From contig MGDH01000018.1 of NCBI GenBank assembly GCA_001790855.1, positions 14,207-78,206 on the forward strand: 64,000 nucleotides of DNA, given 5' to 3'. Below the pieces are notes generated by a model that worked only from the letters and a program-made list of their open reading frames with translations, searched no databases and had not been told where the DNA came from. Each line of letters starts with the position of its first letter. Position 1 is the stretch's first letter. This DNA comes from Candidatus Schekmanbacteria bacterium RIFCSPLOWO2_02_FULL_38_14 (GTDB taxonomy: Bacteria; Schekmanbacteria; GWA2-38-11). Of the stretch, positions 54,877-64,000 are shown piece after piece. Position numbers and translations under genes: made by a program.

Positions 54877-55803
54877 CTATTTCCCCTGCTGCTTAGCCAT
54901 TGCAGCTTTTACCGCAGGGACTGCTTTTTTAACAAAGTCAGAAACGTGCTGGAATTCTATACCAAAAATATCCTTTATTCCTTTGTGGTCAAGGATTGTG
55001 TCATTCATAAAGTCCTTAATCTGTTCAGCAGTGAAGAATGACTTCTGCGGATTTGCTTTTACCATTTCAATTAACTGCTCCTTTGAAACACCCTCTGTAT
55101 AGTTTGCCTTTATGCCTGCCTCTTTTGCAATCATATTGAGGAGGTCTCCCTGCGTAATGCAGTCTGGTCCGCCAATCTCAAGGCTTTTGTTTGCTGACTT
55201 TGGATTTGTGAGTGCATCTACCATGCATTTTGCAAGGTCAACATGGGAGAGAGGATTCATGTGGAAGGTCACCGGTCCAAAGGGCCATTTGGCTGCTTCA
55301 CCCATTTTCAATACATTTGGGACATGGAAGAACTGGAAATCCTTGAACATTCCTGATGGTTTAAAAATCGTATAACCGATTCCTGAATTTCTGATTGTCT
55401 CCTCAGACTGGTGTTTTGCCATGTACATGTCAGATACGGATTGTGGACCAACTCCGACTGCTGTTACATGAATTATTTTTTTTACTCCATTTTTCTTTGC
55501 CACTTCCACAAGATTATTTACTCCTGTAAGCTCCACATCCTCATATTTCCGTCCTTTTTTAATTTCACCAGGAGTGAGTCTTATTGAAATAATAAGCGCA
55601 TCTATTCCCTTCATGGCAGGTTCAAGAGAAGTCTTGTCAAGAATATCTCCTTCAAAAAATTCTATTTTGCTTTTTGCTTCTCCCAGTTTGTCCCTGTTAG
55701 AAGTGCTTCTTACCAGCGCTCTTACCTTGTGCCCTTTTGCCACAGCAATTTTTGCTGCTTCAGAACCAACATCTCCTGTTGCGCCTATGACTAAAATATT
55801 CAT
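54877..55803 (-). CDS. NmrA-like / atypical SDR NAD(P)-binding protein
   Basis: MNILVIGATGDVGSEAAKIAVAKGHKVRALVRS Rossmann N-terminus; 308 aa. Confidence 0.7.
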   Translation of the reverse strand: MNILVIGATGDVGSEAAKIAVAKGHKVRALVRSTSNRDKLGEAKSKIEFFEGDILDKTSLEPAMKGIDALIISIRLTPGEIKKGRKYEDVELTGVNNLVEVAKKNGVKKIIHVTAVGVGPQSVSDMYMAKHQSEETIRNSGIGYTIFKPSGMFKDFQFFHVPNVLKMGEAAKWPFGPVTFHMNPLSHVDLAKCMVDALTNPKSANKSLEIGGPDCITQGDLLNMIAKEAGIKANYTEGVSKEQLIEMVKANPQKSFFTAEQIKDFMNDTILDHKGIKDIFGIEFQHVSDFVKKAVPAVKAAMAKQQGK

Positions 55804-55917
55804 ATATTAATCCTCCTGAGAATTCGTTGTAATTGTTTTTGATTGATTACCTTAGTAATTTTTGTTTATAGGATAAAGGTATTTTCATGTCAATTGGAAA
55901 GGCATCTTATCAGGTTG

Positions 55918-56046
55918 ACCGAGAATCTCAAATCCCCCTCTATTCCCCTTTTCCCTGCCTGCCGGCAGGCAAGTAATGGGGGAGAAAAGAGAGATTGCTT
56001 TGTCGCCTGCCTGCGGTAGGCAGGCTTTGCTCCTCGCAATGACATT
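55918..56046. repeat. composite palindromic element (family B C-runs + two family C cores + family D right terminus)
   Basis: gaatctcaaatccccctctattccccttttccctgcctgccggcaggcaagtaatgggggagaaaagagagattgctttgtcgcctgcctgcggtaggcaggctttgctcctcgcaatgac; ORF 55885-56127 is produced by it. Confidence 0.6.
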
Positions 56047-56059
56047 GTCGGGGAGATTG

Positions 56060-58267
56060 TTATTCTGGTTTTTCTGTCCAGAAGCAGATTGAATAAGTAT
56101 GCTTTGTGCTTTGTGATGTGACGTCAACTTTGATTTTCTTTTTTTCTGACTGTTGAAGTGAAAAATCTATTGCTATGATTTTTTCTGAATGGGGCAACAC
56201 TTTAACTGAACCTTGTCTGATGCCCAATTCTTCAGGATAAATATTGTAAATATAGTTTTCTTCAATATCAGCATGGTTTTTTATAGAAAAAGAAAATCTG
56301 TTTTTTTCATTTTTAATAATTATTGGAAGGAGAGTGGTTGTTTTATTATTGAAAGTCTCCGCAGGAGAAAGAAAAGAAGAAATATTCTGCCTTGCAGCTT
56401 GAAGCGGTTTTGGAACTGGATTGCTTTTATCAGTTTCAACAAACACTGTATCTTGTAAATCTGTTTTCAGGTATTTCTTGGCTCCTGATATCCGGAAATA
56501 GACTTCTGTTTTGTTAAATGCAAATGATTTGCCTGTCAAAGAGTCCAGAGAAATCTGTTTAAGTCTTAGCGGAAACGGCGAACTCTCTTCGTATGGATAA
56601 AAGAATATAACAATATTGCCATTATCATAAATTCTACTGATTGATTCTGATGATTCAAGTCTTGAATGAAACTCCGGGTCTTTCCCGGTAAACCTGCGGC
56701 TCATCTCCCTGTAAGTGTAATATATCCTGTCATCAGTTTCATGTGAAGGAACAACAAAAAACCTTATAAAATATTTTCTCGCAGTCTCCTCAACATCTCC
56801 CCTTATCATTCTGATTCCATCTGAGAGTTCAAGGTCTCTGAAGTTGTATGCCTCAAATCCCATTAAATTTGCAAATGGGGCGTTTTCATAGACAAGCAGG
56901 GAATCAGGGCTTTCAGGAATAAATTTTATTGCCTGAATATAACTGTTTATCCATCCGGTTAAATCTTTGGTCCTCCAATAGGTGTACCTGATGCTGTAGA
57001 ATATAATCATTAAAATCAGAATTGAGGTTCCTGTATATGAAAATAGATTACTCTGAAATAACGATTTTGAGTTCAATGCCTTTGTTATGAGCAAAGAAGG
57101 GAGTGCCATTAGCAGGTATGATATGGAAACATAAAAGGTCATTTTCAGGATTCCGTCTAAGTTCTCAAGAGGAGTGTTAAAAGGACCTGTGAATTTTAAG
57201 AATAGATAAAATATACTTCCAAGAACAAGAGTTAATATTAAAAAGGGGCTATGATGTTGAGAAGAACTATTGAAAACAGAGTCAATGGCAACAGCCATAA
57301 TAATACACATCATCGGAACTGCAGGCATGAGGATTCTCGGGAAATGATGCCCCGGATTTATTATCGCAAGAATTATGTAGGAAAGAGAAAAAACAAGAAC
57401 CAGCAGGTTTGGGATATAAATTTTTTTATTACTGAATGATATGTAAATAAAAAAAACAAATGACGGGAGAAAAATGAAATAGATTAATGAATAGTAATCA
57501 CAGATATTTGACCACAAACCACGGTAGAAATACTCCATTGATTGAAGCCATGCAGGCATTCCAAAGTCTCTGAAAAAATATATGCCGAGTTTATTTATGC
57601 GGTAGGCAAAGAAGGGAAGAAGGAATAAAACTGAAGAAATTAAAAAAACAGAAAGGTTTTTGCTCAGGAAATCTGTTTTCTCTTTCTTTTTAAGCTTAAT
57701 AATTAAATCTATAAGGAGCCAGACAAAAATTCCAATAACGATTGCCATTGAAAATGTCCTGAAGAAGAAGGCAAGGGACGCAGTAATTCCTGCAAGAACA
57801 GCAAAAGAAAATTTCTCTTTCTCTATGCTTATCAGCAGGAGAAGGGCTGAGGAGATTATTAAAAGAGATGTATATGTGTATCCCTTGCACAGATATGAGA
57901 AGATTACATGGAGAGGGAAGATAGCCAGGAAAGTGGAAGACAGAAATGCTACCCGCGGATTATAAGCTTTTATGCAAAAAATGTAGGTTATAATGATTGT
58001 GATAAGCGCAACAAGGGATTCAAGAATTTTACCAACGACTAAATGCTCACCTGTGAAGCGGTAGATAAAACCCAAAATTATTCCTGCAAGACTCGAGTCT
58101 ATGCTGATCTTTCCTGTATAGGCGAATTGCCGTGCATTTAAAAGAATTACTGCCCCGTCAGTTTCTATCAGGGGTGTGCTTAAGGAATAAAAAAACCTTA
58201 TAATTCCTCCAAGGAGGAGAGGGATAACAAGAGGAAAATAAATATAAGATTTATTTGAAGTCATCAA
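56060..58267 (-). CDS. GT-C superfamily membrane glycosyltransferase (ArnT/PMT-like, GT39/GT83-type) with C-terminal soluble domain
   Basis: 735 aa, ~12 N-terminal TM helices with first periplasmic loop acidic motif region (ETDGAV), large C-terminal extracytoplasmic domain. Confidence 0.5.
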   Translation of the reverse strand: MMTSNKSYIYFPLVIPLLLGGIIRFFYSLSTPLIETDGAVILLNARQFAYTGKISIDSSLAGIILGFIYRFTGEHLVVGKILESLVALITIIITYIFCIKAYNPRVAFLSSTFLAIFPLHVIFSYLCKGYTYTSLLIISSALLLLISIEKEKFSFAVLAGITASLAFFFRTFSMAIVIGIFVWLLIDLIIKLKKKEKTDFLSKNLSVFLISSVLFLLPFFAYRINKLGIYFFRDFGMPAWLQSMEYFYRGLWSNICDYYSLIYFIFLPSFVFFIYISFSNKKIYIPNLLVLVFSLSYIILAIINPGHHFPRILMPAVPMMCIIMAVAIDSVFNSSSQHHSPFLILTLVLGSIFYLFLKFTGPFNTPLENLDGILKMTFYVSISYLLMALPSLLITKALNSKSLFQSNLFSYTGTSILILMIIFYSIRYTYWRTKDLTGWINSYIQAIKFIPESPDSLLVYENAPFANLMGFEAYNFRDLELSDGIRMIRGDVEETARKYFIRFFVVPSHETDDRIYYTYREMSRRFTGKDPEFHSRLESSESISRIYDNGNIVIFFYPYEESSPFPLRLKQISLDSLTGKSFAFNKTEVYFRISGAKKYLKTDLQDTVFVETDKSNPVPKPLQAARQNISSFLSPAETFNNKTTTLLPIIIKNEKNRFSFSIKNHADIEENYIYNIYPEELGIRQGSVKVLPHSEKIIAIDFSLQQSEKKKIKVDVTSQSTKHTYSICFWTEKPE

Positions 58268-59564
58268 ATATCAGTTTAGTCGCTTTTCTGCCAAGGTCAA
58301 TACTGTTTGAGATGGTCCTGTCATCAGGGTGAAGCTGTGATGAGTCTGTCATGTATAAGCCTTTGACAGGAGTTTTTATATCAGGCATAACTTTTGAAAA
58401 ACCGACTTCACATATAGGCTGGGCATATTTGTCCCTGAATACATACGCAGATTTTATATCTTTTTCCTTAAAATCACTCCTTATTGTATGGAGGTATTCT
58501 GTGTACTGAGATATGATTTTTTTATCATCCCATGAGAATCTTTCATCAGTAGAAGGAAGATACTGGGGCAGATATATTATTTTCCCGCCGTTCAGAAAAG
58601 TACAAGGATTCAGATTGGTATATTCTATGACACCTGCAAGACTTATTCTCCTGTCATTGATATTAAGCCAGAAGGTTTCAGTCAGGGGCTTTTCAGTTTT
58701 CATAAGCACACAAACTACTCCTATGGAGTCGATCTTTTTCAGGTTTCCCCAATATGTTCCGGCAAGGGATGGCAGGAGGTTCAAAAAAACAGGGGAAGGC
58801 GCAGTTGATATAACAGCATCAAATTCTGTTATCTGAGAATCTATCTTGATTCCTTTTAGTGATAGAGCAGAGGATAACTCTATTCCGGTTGCTGCAGTTC
58901 CTTTGATTATCTCTCCGCCCTTGTTGATTATTTCTTTCTCAAGCTTATCTATGAGGGTTTTTGTCCCGCCTTCAAGATAACCAAGGGTTTCTTTCTGTGT
59001 AATCCTGCTTCTTGATTTCCCTATGCGGTGTATCCTTGCCCACATCCATGCAGCAGAGAGGTTTGAGGCATAAGCTCCGAATTTAAGTCTTATAAGAGGC
59101 TCATGAAGAATCTCATAAACATTTTTTCCAAATTTTGATATAAGCCATTCAGGGGATGGAATATTTTCAATATCCTTCCAGTCGTCAGCATTTCTACTTT
59201 TTATTTCCATGAGCGCAAACCCAAACTTTAACTTTTCAACCAGTGTAAGGTATGGAAATTTTAAGAGGTCAAATGGACTTCCAAACGGGTAGAGTTTCCC
59301 ATCATAAAAAAGCCCCATCTTTGTTTTTATCCATTTCAGCCTGTTTTTAAGCCCTAATTCTTCAAGCAGAGGAAAAAGAGGGTCATCACCGAGGCAGACA
59401 AAATGGTAATATCTTTCTATAAACCCGTTATCCAACGGAAAAGAACTTGCAAGTCCTCCGAGGACAGGGTTTTTTTCAAAGAGAGTTACTTTAATCCCTT
59501 TTTTCGAAAGCTCATATGCTGATGACAGACCAGCAACTCCTCCGCCAATTATACCTACTTTCAA
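58251..59564 (-). CDS. FAD-dependent oxidoreductase (amine oxidase / phytoene desaturase / protoporphyrinogen oxidase superfamily)
   Basis: MKVGIIGGGVAGLSSAYELSKKGIKVTLFEKNPVLGGLASS dinucleotide-binding motif; 17-nt overlap with downstream GT gene. Confidence 0.65.
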   Translation of the reverse strand: MKVGIIGGGVAGLSSAYELSKKGIKVTLFEKNPVLGGLASSFPLDNGFIERYYHFVCLGDDPLFPLLEELGLKNRLKWIKTKMGLFYDGKLYPFGSPFDLLKFPYLTLVEKLKFGFALMEIKSRNADDWKDIENIPSPEWLISKFGKNVYEILHEPLIRLKFGAYASNLSAAWMWARIHRIGKSRSRITQKETLGYLEGGTKTLIDKLEKEIINKGGEIIKGTAATGIELSSALSLKGIKIDSQITEFDAVISTAPSPVFLNLLPSLAGTYWGNLKKIDSIGVVCVLMKTEKPLTETFWLNINDRRISLAGVIEYTNLNPCTFLNGGKIIYLPQYLPSTDERFSWDDKKIISQYTEYLHTIRSDFKEKDIKSAYVFRDKYAQPICEVGFSKVMPDIKTPVKGLYMTDSSQLHPDDRTISNSIDLGRKATKLIFDDFK

Positions 59565-59654
59565 TTCTGAATAACCTTTACCTTTCGTTTTTTGTCTGAA
59601 AATGCGGGGTTAGAAAGTCCCGCCTATAAATTTAATCTGTGTAATCTTGTCCTA

Positions 59655-61046
59655 TCAATCAACAAACAGATAATCCCATCCTCTTTTCAAGATAGATTTA
59701 AAATGCTTGGGAGTTTTTATCTCAGAAAGCATTTTTAAAAGTATTTTAGGCCTTAGATGAAATGATAAAAAAGCCTTTCTCTGAAATTTTTTAATCTCCT
59801 TTTTTGATATTCCTTTTGGAGAATATGGAACCTTAGAATAAAATAAAGATTCCCATTGGATGTTACCTATTTCTTTGCTTTGCTGCAACTCTTCAGTAGC
59901 TTCAGTTCCCGGAAGAGGCAGAAAATTGGCAAAGTGGGCTCTTTTAAGCTTTAATTTTTTTGCAAATTTAATTGTTGCTTCTATATCCTCTTTTGTTTCT
60001 GCAGGATAGCCTATGATAAAAAAACCGCTCGGCTCAAGCCCCACTTCATTTATCAAATTGACCTTTTCCTCGATTAATTTCAGGCTCAGTTCCTTTTTCA
60101 TGTGGTCAAGGACTCTCTGCGAGCCTGATTCAATCCCGACAGTAAAAGCATATGCTCCTGTTTCTTTCATAAGCATAAGCATTTCACGGTCAAGGGTATT
60201 GAGCCTCAAGCCATTCGGGAAGGTGTAGCTTATATTCATTTTTCTTTCTTTTACTCCGTCACAGAACTCTTTGACTCTGTTTTTGTAGAGATTGAACATA
60301 TCGTCAATTATGTGGAATTCTCTGATTCCATAGTCATTATACAAAAGTTCCATCTCGTCCAGCACATTTTTAATATTCCTCAACCTTAATTTCCTTCCCA
60401 TATTGGTATATGAGGCACAGAAGGTGCAGTGGTACGGGCAACCCCTTGATGTGCTGATAGGTGCTATTGGAAAATTTTTATAAAAAGCCCCCTGAGGGTT
60501 GTCAGGATAGGTGTCTGGCTTCAGTAAATCCCATGCAGGGAACTCAAGGGAGTCCAAATCCTCTATGAATTTTCTTTCATTAACCTGTATTTTATTCCCG
60601 TCTTTCCAGATTAAACCCGGAATGTCTTTGAATGCAATATCTTCACTATTTAAAGTTTTTTTCAGCAAGAGCGGAAGATTTTCTTCTCCCTCTCCCCAAA
60701 CTCCGTAATCTGCCTTATCAAGCTCTTTCAGAACTTTTTCTCTTGTTGTTGAGACATGAGCGCCCCCAATGATTATAATAGTGTCAGGATTTGATTTCCT
60801 GACAATTTCTATTGATTGCTTAACTCTGCCAAAATCAAAGGAGAAGACCTGAAACCCTACGATTTTTGGTTTTTCTTTTCTTATAAAATTTTCAAAATCT
60901 TTAAAACTGAATTTTTCCTTTATGCAATCAAGGATTGAAATATCAGAGAAACCATTTTTTCTGAGAGCACTGGCTAAATATCCCAGCCCGATTGGCGGGA
61001 CAACATAATGAGTGTTGCTTATAGGGGTTACAAGCAGAATCTGCAT
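59655..61046 (-). CDS. B12-binding-domain radical SAM protein
   Basis: N-terminal cobalamin-binding Rossmann-like region; CPYHCTFCA (CxxxCxxC) radical SAM cluster motif. Confidence 0.8.
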   Translation of the reverse strand: MQILLVTPISNTHYVVPPIGLGYLASALRKNGFSDISILDCIKEKFSFKDFENFIRKEKPKIVGFQVFSFDFGRVKQSIEIVRKSNPDTIIIIGGAHVSTTREKVLKELDKADYGVWGEGEENLPLLLKKTLNSEDIAFKDIPGLIWKDGNKIQVNERKFIEDLDSLEFPAWDLLKPDTYPDNPQGAFYKNFPIAPISTSRGCPYHCTFCASYTNMGRKLRLRNIKNVLDEMELLYNDYGIREFHIIDDMFNLYKNRVKEFCDGVKERKMNISYTFPNGLRLNTLDREMLMLMKETGAYAFTVGIESGSQRVLDHMKKELSLKLIEEKVNLINEVGLEPSGFFIIGYPAETKEDIEATIKFAKKLKLKRAHFANFLPLPGTEATEELQQSKEIGNIQWESLFYSKVPYSPKGISKKEIKKFQRKAFLSFHLRPKILLKMLSEIKTPKHFKSILKRGWDYLFVD

Positions 61047-61312
61047 TTATTTGATTTATTAAATTATATCTTTCTTGTTTTTAATTAGTTTTCTTTTTCA
61101 ATTTTTTTTATTGCTTTGCTTAGAGTTGCTTAGAGTAGTATAATGAGTGTGTAAACAATCTGCAATAACTTTTGGTGAGTATTAAGAACCGGCACCTTTA
61201 TTTGAGGTTTAAACTATATAAGAGCTTTTGATAAGCTCCGAAAAGTTACCGAATTAGTGAGCATTAACAACCGTCCCCTTTGAAATTCTTTTAAAACTTC
61301 CAGATTATTGCC

Positions 61313-61993
61313 CTACTGAGAGACTGTGGTAAAATGTATAACCCGGCTAGTAATCATATCATTACCATTGCCGTCAGTATCTTTTGTTTCCAGACGCAGC
61401 TCATATTCAGTACCTGACTGAAGCGGGCTATCTAAAAAATCCAGCGATGTATCGCCTGTTGACAGCTCAAATTTCTCCTCCTCCAGACCCTCAGCTTTGA
61501 TATAGAGAATCAAGCCATCTATGCCACTCAAAGAACTCCATTTAATCTCAGGAGTTAAAGAAACATCTGTGTCATTGTCCTGAGGGGAGGTGATGTCAGG
61601 GGTAGGTGGAAAATCGTGGATGACACCTACCTGAAGATTTCCATACTGCTTTGGATAGAGAATAATCTGATATTTCCCTTCAGGATACTTTCGCACAAAT
61701 TCTTCCTTGCTCAGCCCATCAGCTTTCAGATTGATAGCGAAGTCATTAAAATTAAATGTATTTTTTAAAACCATTGTTTTACCGGTTGGAAGCCTCAACA
61801 GGGCTTTTTGCAGTTTCTTCGTATCCTCAGTAGCAAGCTGGAACTCAATTGCATATTCCTCTTTTGTGGGGTAAACATATTTGTAATGGTCAATACCCCA
61901 TTTTATCTCTTCTTTAGCTACAAGCTCAGTATTTAAAAGACCTGTCAGGAAAAGAAAAACCACGACAAAAGCTATTACAAAATTTTTTCTCAT
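61313..61993 (-). CDS. secreted hypothetical protein with C-terminal Ig/FN3-like region
   Basis: Signal peptide MRKNFVIAFVVVFLFLTGLLNTELVA; no catalytic motifs. Confidence 0.4.
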   Translation of the reverse strand: MRKNFVIAFVVVFLFLTGLLNTELVAKEEIKWGIDHYKYVYPTKEEYAIEFQLATEDTKKLQKALLRLPTGKTMVLKNTFNFNDFAINLKADGLSKEEFVRKYPEGKYQIILYPKQYGNLQVGVIHDFPPTPDITSPQDNDTDVSLTPEIKWSSLSGIDGLILYIKAEGLEEEKFELSTGDTSLDFLDSPLQSGTEYELRLETKDTDGNGNDMITSRVIHFTTVSQ

Positions 61994-62307
61994 AATTTTT
62001 CTCTCTCCTATTATAATTAAGATATAAACTTAGTTTCAGATATATTCCTTTCAAAGGGTTTGATTACAGTCATAATTTAATTTAGTATAATCCTAAAAAA
62101 AAGTGTAAGTCAATAATTAATTAAAGGGGACTAAGGGGACGGTTCTCTTTTTCAGTTGATATGGCTATGATATGATGATAATTAGAAACTCATAAAAAAA
62201 AGAGAACCGTCCCCTTTAGTCCTAAGTTTACAATTAATATGGTCCTCTTCATGAAATATTCTTTAATTAGGTAGGAAAACGGTCCTCTTATTTAAACCAC
62301 ATAATTA

Positions 62308-62565
62308 TTAAGAGACTTGGCTTTCTTTTATTTTTTCCATGTAGGAATAAAGAAAATCAGGACAAAAATCTGCACCTGTATCCCAAACTATTGTTCCAAG
62401 TTGTTTGTCTATACGAAAATTTTTAAATTTTTTTAAACTATTTAAAGGTTCGAAAACTTCTCCATAGAGAAATTTTTTGAAATCAATCCTTTTTTTCTTA
62501 CCATTTTCAAATTCTATTTCTATGATGTATTCTTTTATATAAAGTGCATTTTTTACTTCATGCAT
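62308..62565 (-). CDS. DUF2442-family small protein
   Basis: 85 aa; sequence pattern typical of DUF2442, encoded directly downstream of a DUF4160 gene as in the known paired arrangement. Confidence 0.6.
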   Translation of the reverse strand: MHEVKNALYIKEYIIEIEFENGKKKRIDFKKFLYGEVFEPLNSLKKFKNFRIDKQLGTIVWDTGADFCPDFLYSYMEKIKESQVS

Positions 62566-62577
62566 TTTACTCCTCCC

Positions 62578-62838
62578 TTATTCTAAAGGTTCTATACGGA
62601 ATAAAGGTTTGTGTTCCTGAGCAAGTTTCCATTCTTTCCTTAACTCATTTCGATGTAGAAATGCCCACTCAAGGACAAGAGAGATTACCCTTCTTGACAA
62701 TTTCCCTTCTAATATCTGCAAATCTTCAATAGAAAATTTTGCTTTATATTTTCCATATATTGCATGGAAATGTGGTGGATGATGATCATCATAAAACATT
62801 GCAATAATTATCCCAAAGAACTCACTTATTTTAGGCAT
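62578..62838 (-). CDS. DUF4160-family small protein
   Basis: 86 aa, MPKISEFFGIIIAMFYDDHHPPHFHAIYG is the hallmark N-terminus of DUF4160. Confidence 0.6.
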   Translation of the reverse strand: MPKISEFFGIIIAMFYDDHHPPHFHAIYGKYKAKFSIEDLQILEGKLSRRVISLVLEWAFLHRNELRKEWKLAQEHKPLFRIEPLE

Positions 62839-63579
62839 TGTGAATTAGTTTTGTATAAATTGCAGAGAATCTTTTCAAAACGGAATTTTATAAAAATTTT
62901 TATTTGAAATATATTTTACTTAAAAACTTTATAATGTAAAGGAAAAGATGACTTACTATTCATTCCTTTAATTCAAAGCCAAGATTGAATCCTGTTGTAG
63001 AATCATCAAAAGGAATTGCTGAGGGGTTTTTTACTTATGCACATGGTATTATCTTGCCGGTACATTTCCGACAAATTTCCGATAAAATATACGCCCCCCC
63101 ACGGTTGGAAGTATCAGCCACAATCAGCCAACCGTCATCTGTCCATTTCTTGCTTAACCCCGAAGGGGTGACATAAACCCTATTTCTTTCTCAGTGTTCT
63201 CTGTCTGCCTGCCGGCAGGCAGGTGTCTCTGTGGTGAAAAATTATTTGGTTCTAAGCAAGACCTTATTATGATTCCTGGGAACTTTTTATTTGAGGTAGT
63301 TGCTGAAAGAAGCATGGTGAATTGAAGTGAAAAGTAACTTTTGAGAAGAAGCAAAAAGAGACGGGATTAGTGAGGGAGGACGACCCTTCCTTTATTCTCT
63401 TCTTGATTTCGCTTGTCGCGGTATAAAAACCTCTAATCTTAACTCGTCATCAATTGTAAAGTGTTCTTATTCAACAACGTCCCTCTTCTTTCCAACTTTC
63501 AATCTAATCGGTTTTGTCTTCGCTATATAATAAGTGCGCGTCGTGCTTTTGCGTGTTAGGCGAAGTGCCGTTGATGTAA

Positions 63580-64000
63580 TCATTTCACTTTCTTGAACAG
63601 ACAGTAAACAAATTCCTGTATCGTATTAAATGGTGTTGTGTGATGTTCAACCTGACTTGACATGAGACTAAAGGCGTCTCCAAGAGTCCGTTGAAGGGAA
63701 GTCGGATCGTAGCGTACAATCTCAAGACCGCTGCACTTAAGCGGGCCATTAGGGCCAAAGGTCGCGATGATGACAAAACCACCCCGGCGAACGCTGGTCT
63801 CCATTGACTTGCAGTATCCTTTGCGCTCATTTTCCCGTACCAGAAAGTGAAATACTGCTCGGTCATGCCAAACATCAAAACTGGATTCCGATAGATCAAC
63901 CGCAGTAATATCGCCAAGAACCCATTTGACGGAATCGGCTCGGGAAGCGAGTCGGTTTTTAGAGTACTCTAATGCTTGCGCTGAAATGTCCAAAACAGTG
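63580..64000 (-). CDS. class I SAM-dependent methyltransferase, partial (C-terminal part; gene start beyond right edge)
   Basis: Protein fragment has post-motif-I features (VLGDITAVDL, DVWHDRAVFHFL, FVIIATFG); region is ~50% GC, unlike most of the window. Confidence 0.5.
   Translation of the reverse strand, partial: TVLDISAQALEYSKNRLASRADSVKWVLGDITAVDLSESSFDVWHDRAVFHFLVRENERKGYCKSMETSVRRGGFVIIATFGPNGPLKCSGLEIVRYDPTSLQRTLGDAFSLMSSQVEHHTTPFNTIQEFVYCLFKKVK

Noticed and set aside
55885-56127. 80-aa minus-strand ORF and the overlapping 48417-48680 / 48425-48661 ORFs
   Set aside because: Both overlap nested palindromic elements and contain the tell-tale PAGREKG / SLPAGRQVKG peptides encoded by the CCTGCCTGCCGGCAGGCAGG palindrome. 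They are spurious.
1-64000. CRISPR array
   Set aside because: The abundant repeats are palindromic and heterogeneous in spacing and family. They are not identical direct repeats separated by unique spacers of uniform length, and no cas genes are present.
1-64000. tRNA/rRNA genes
   Set aside because: I scanned intergenic regions for tRNA-like GC-rich cloverleaf ends (GGTTCGAATCC-type T-arms, CCA-proximal acceptor stems) and rRNA-like conserved blocks. None was seen; the GC-rich intergenic hairpins are simple palindromes.

Overview
AT-rich (~35% GC) chromosomal segment, probably from an anaerobic Gram-negative bacterium; no rRNA, tRNA or CRISPR array was recognised. 

**Left part (1-31 kb), mostly housekeeping and accessory genes:**
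- partial porG
- XRE-cupin regulator
- acylphosphatase
- remnant of a nucleotide-sugar cluster: truncated UDP-sugar 6-dehydrogenase, 4-epimerase, phosphomannomutase
- large tandem-FAD oxidoreductase
- kinase plus two MFS transporters
- MBL-HNH fusion protein
- TusA and MoeB/ThiF
- argC and ppx
- PGI/PMI
- FadL-like outer-membrane protein
- czcCBA heavy-metal RND efflux operon
- ybeY and phoH
- Zn-alcohol dehydrogenase

**Right part (31-55 kb), respiratory supercluster:** ~23 kb, all on the + strand, behind a three-component regulator (PhnD-like binding protein, HAMP/HisKA_3 kinase, NarL-type response regulator). It contains:
- a Qrc/ACIII/Psr-like module: pentaheme cytochrome c, TAT-exported molybdopterin-family subunit, 4Fe-4S protein, NrfD-like membrane subunit
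- two paralogous four-domain c-type cytochromes
- penta- and tetraheme cytochromes
- an NfnB/GltD-like FAD/FeS NAD(P)H oxidoreductase next to Rieske and cytochrome b genes, with a pentaheme cytochrome
- a 929-aa decaheme cytochrome whose distal ~2.4 kb is sharply GC-richer than the host
- a TIG-domain heme protein with a CX3CH motif that shares a near-identical ~140-bp leader with the decaheme gene
- about 40 CxxCH sites in total

**Repeats:** intergenic spacers are saturated with at least four families of palindromic repeats, often nested. One family is inserted in-frame in ppx and czcB (Rickettsia-RPE-like), and another truncates a dehydrogenase gene.

**Window end:** GT-C glycosyltransferase, FAD oxidoreductase, B12-radical-SAM protein, a DUF4160/DUF2442 pair, and a GC-richer partial methyltransferase.
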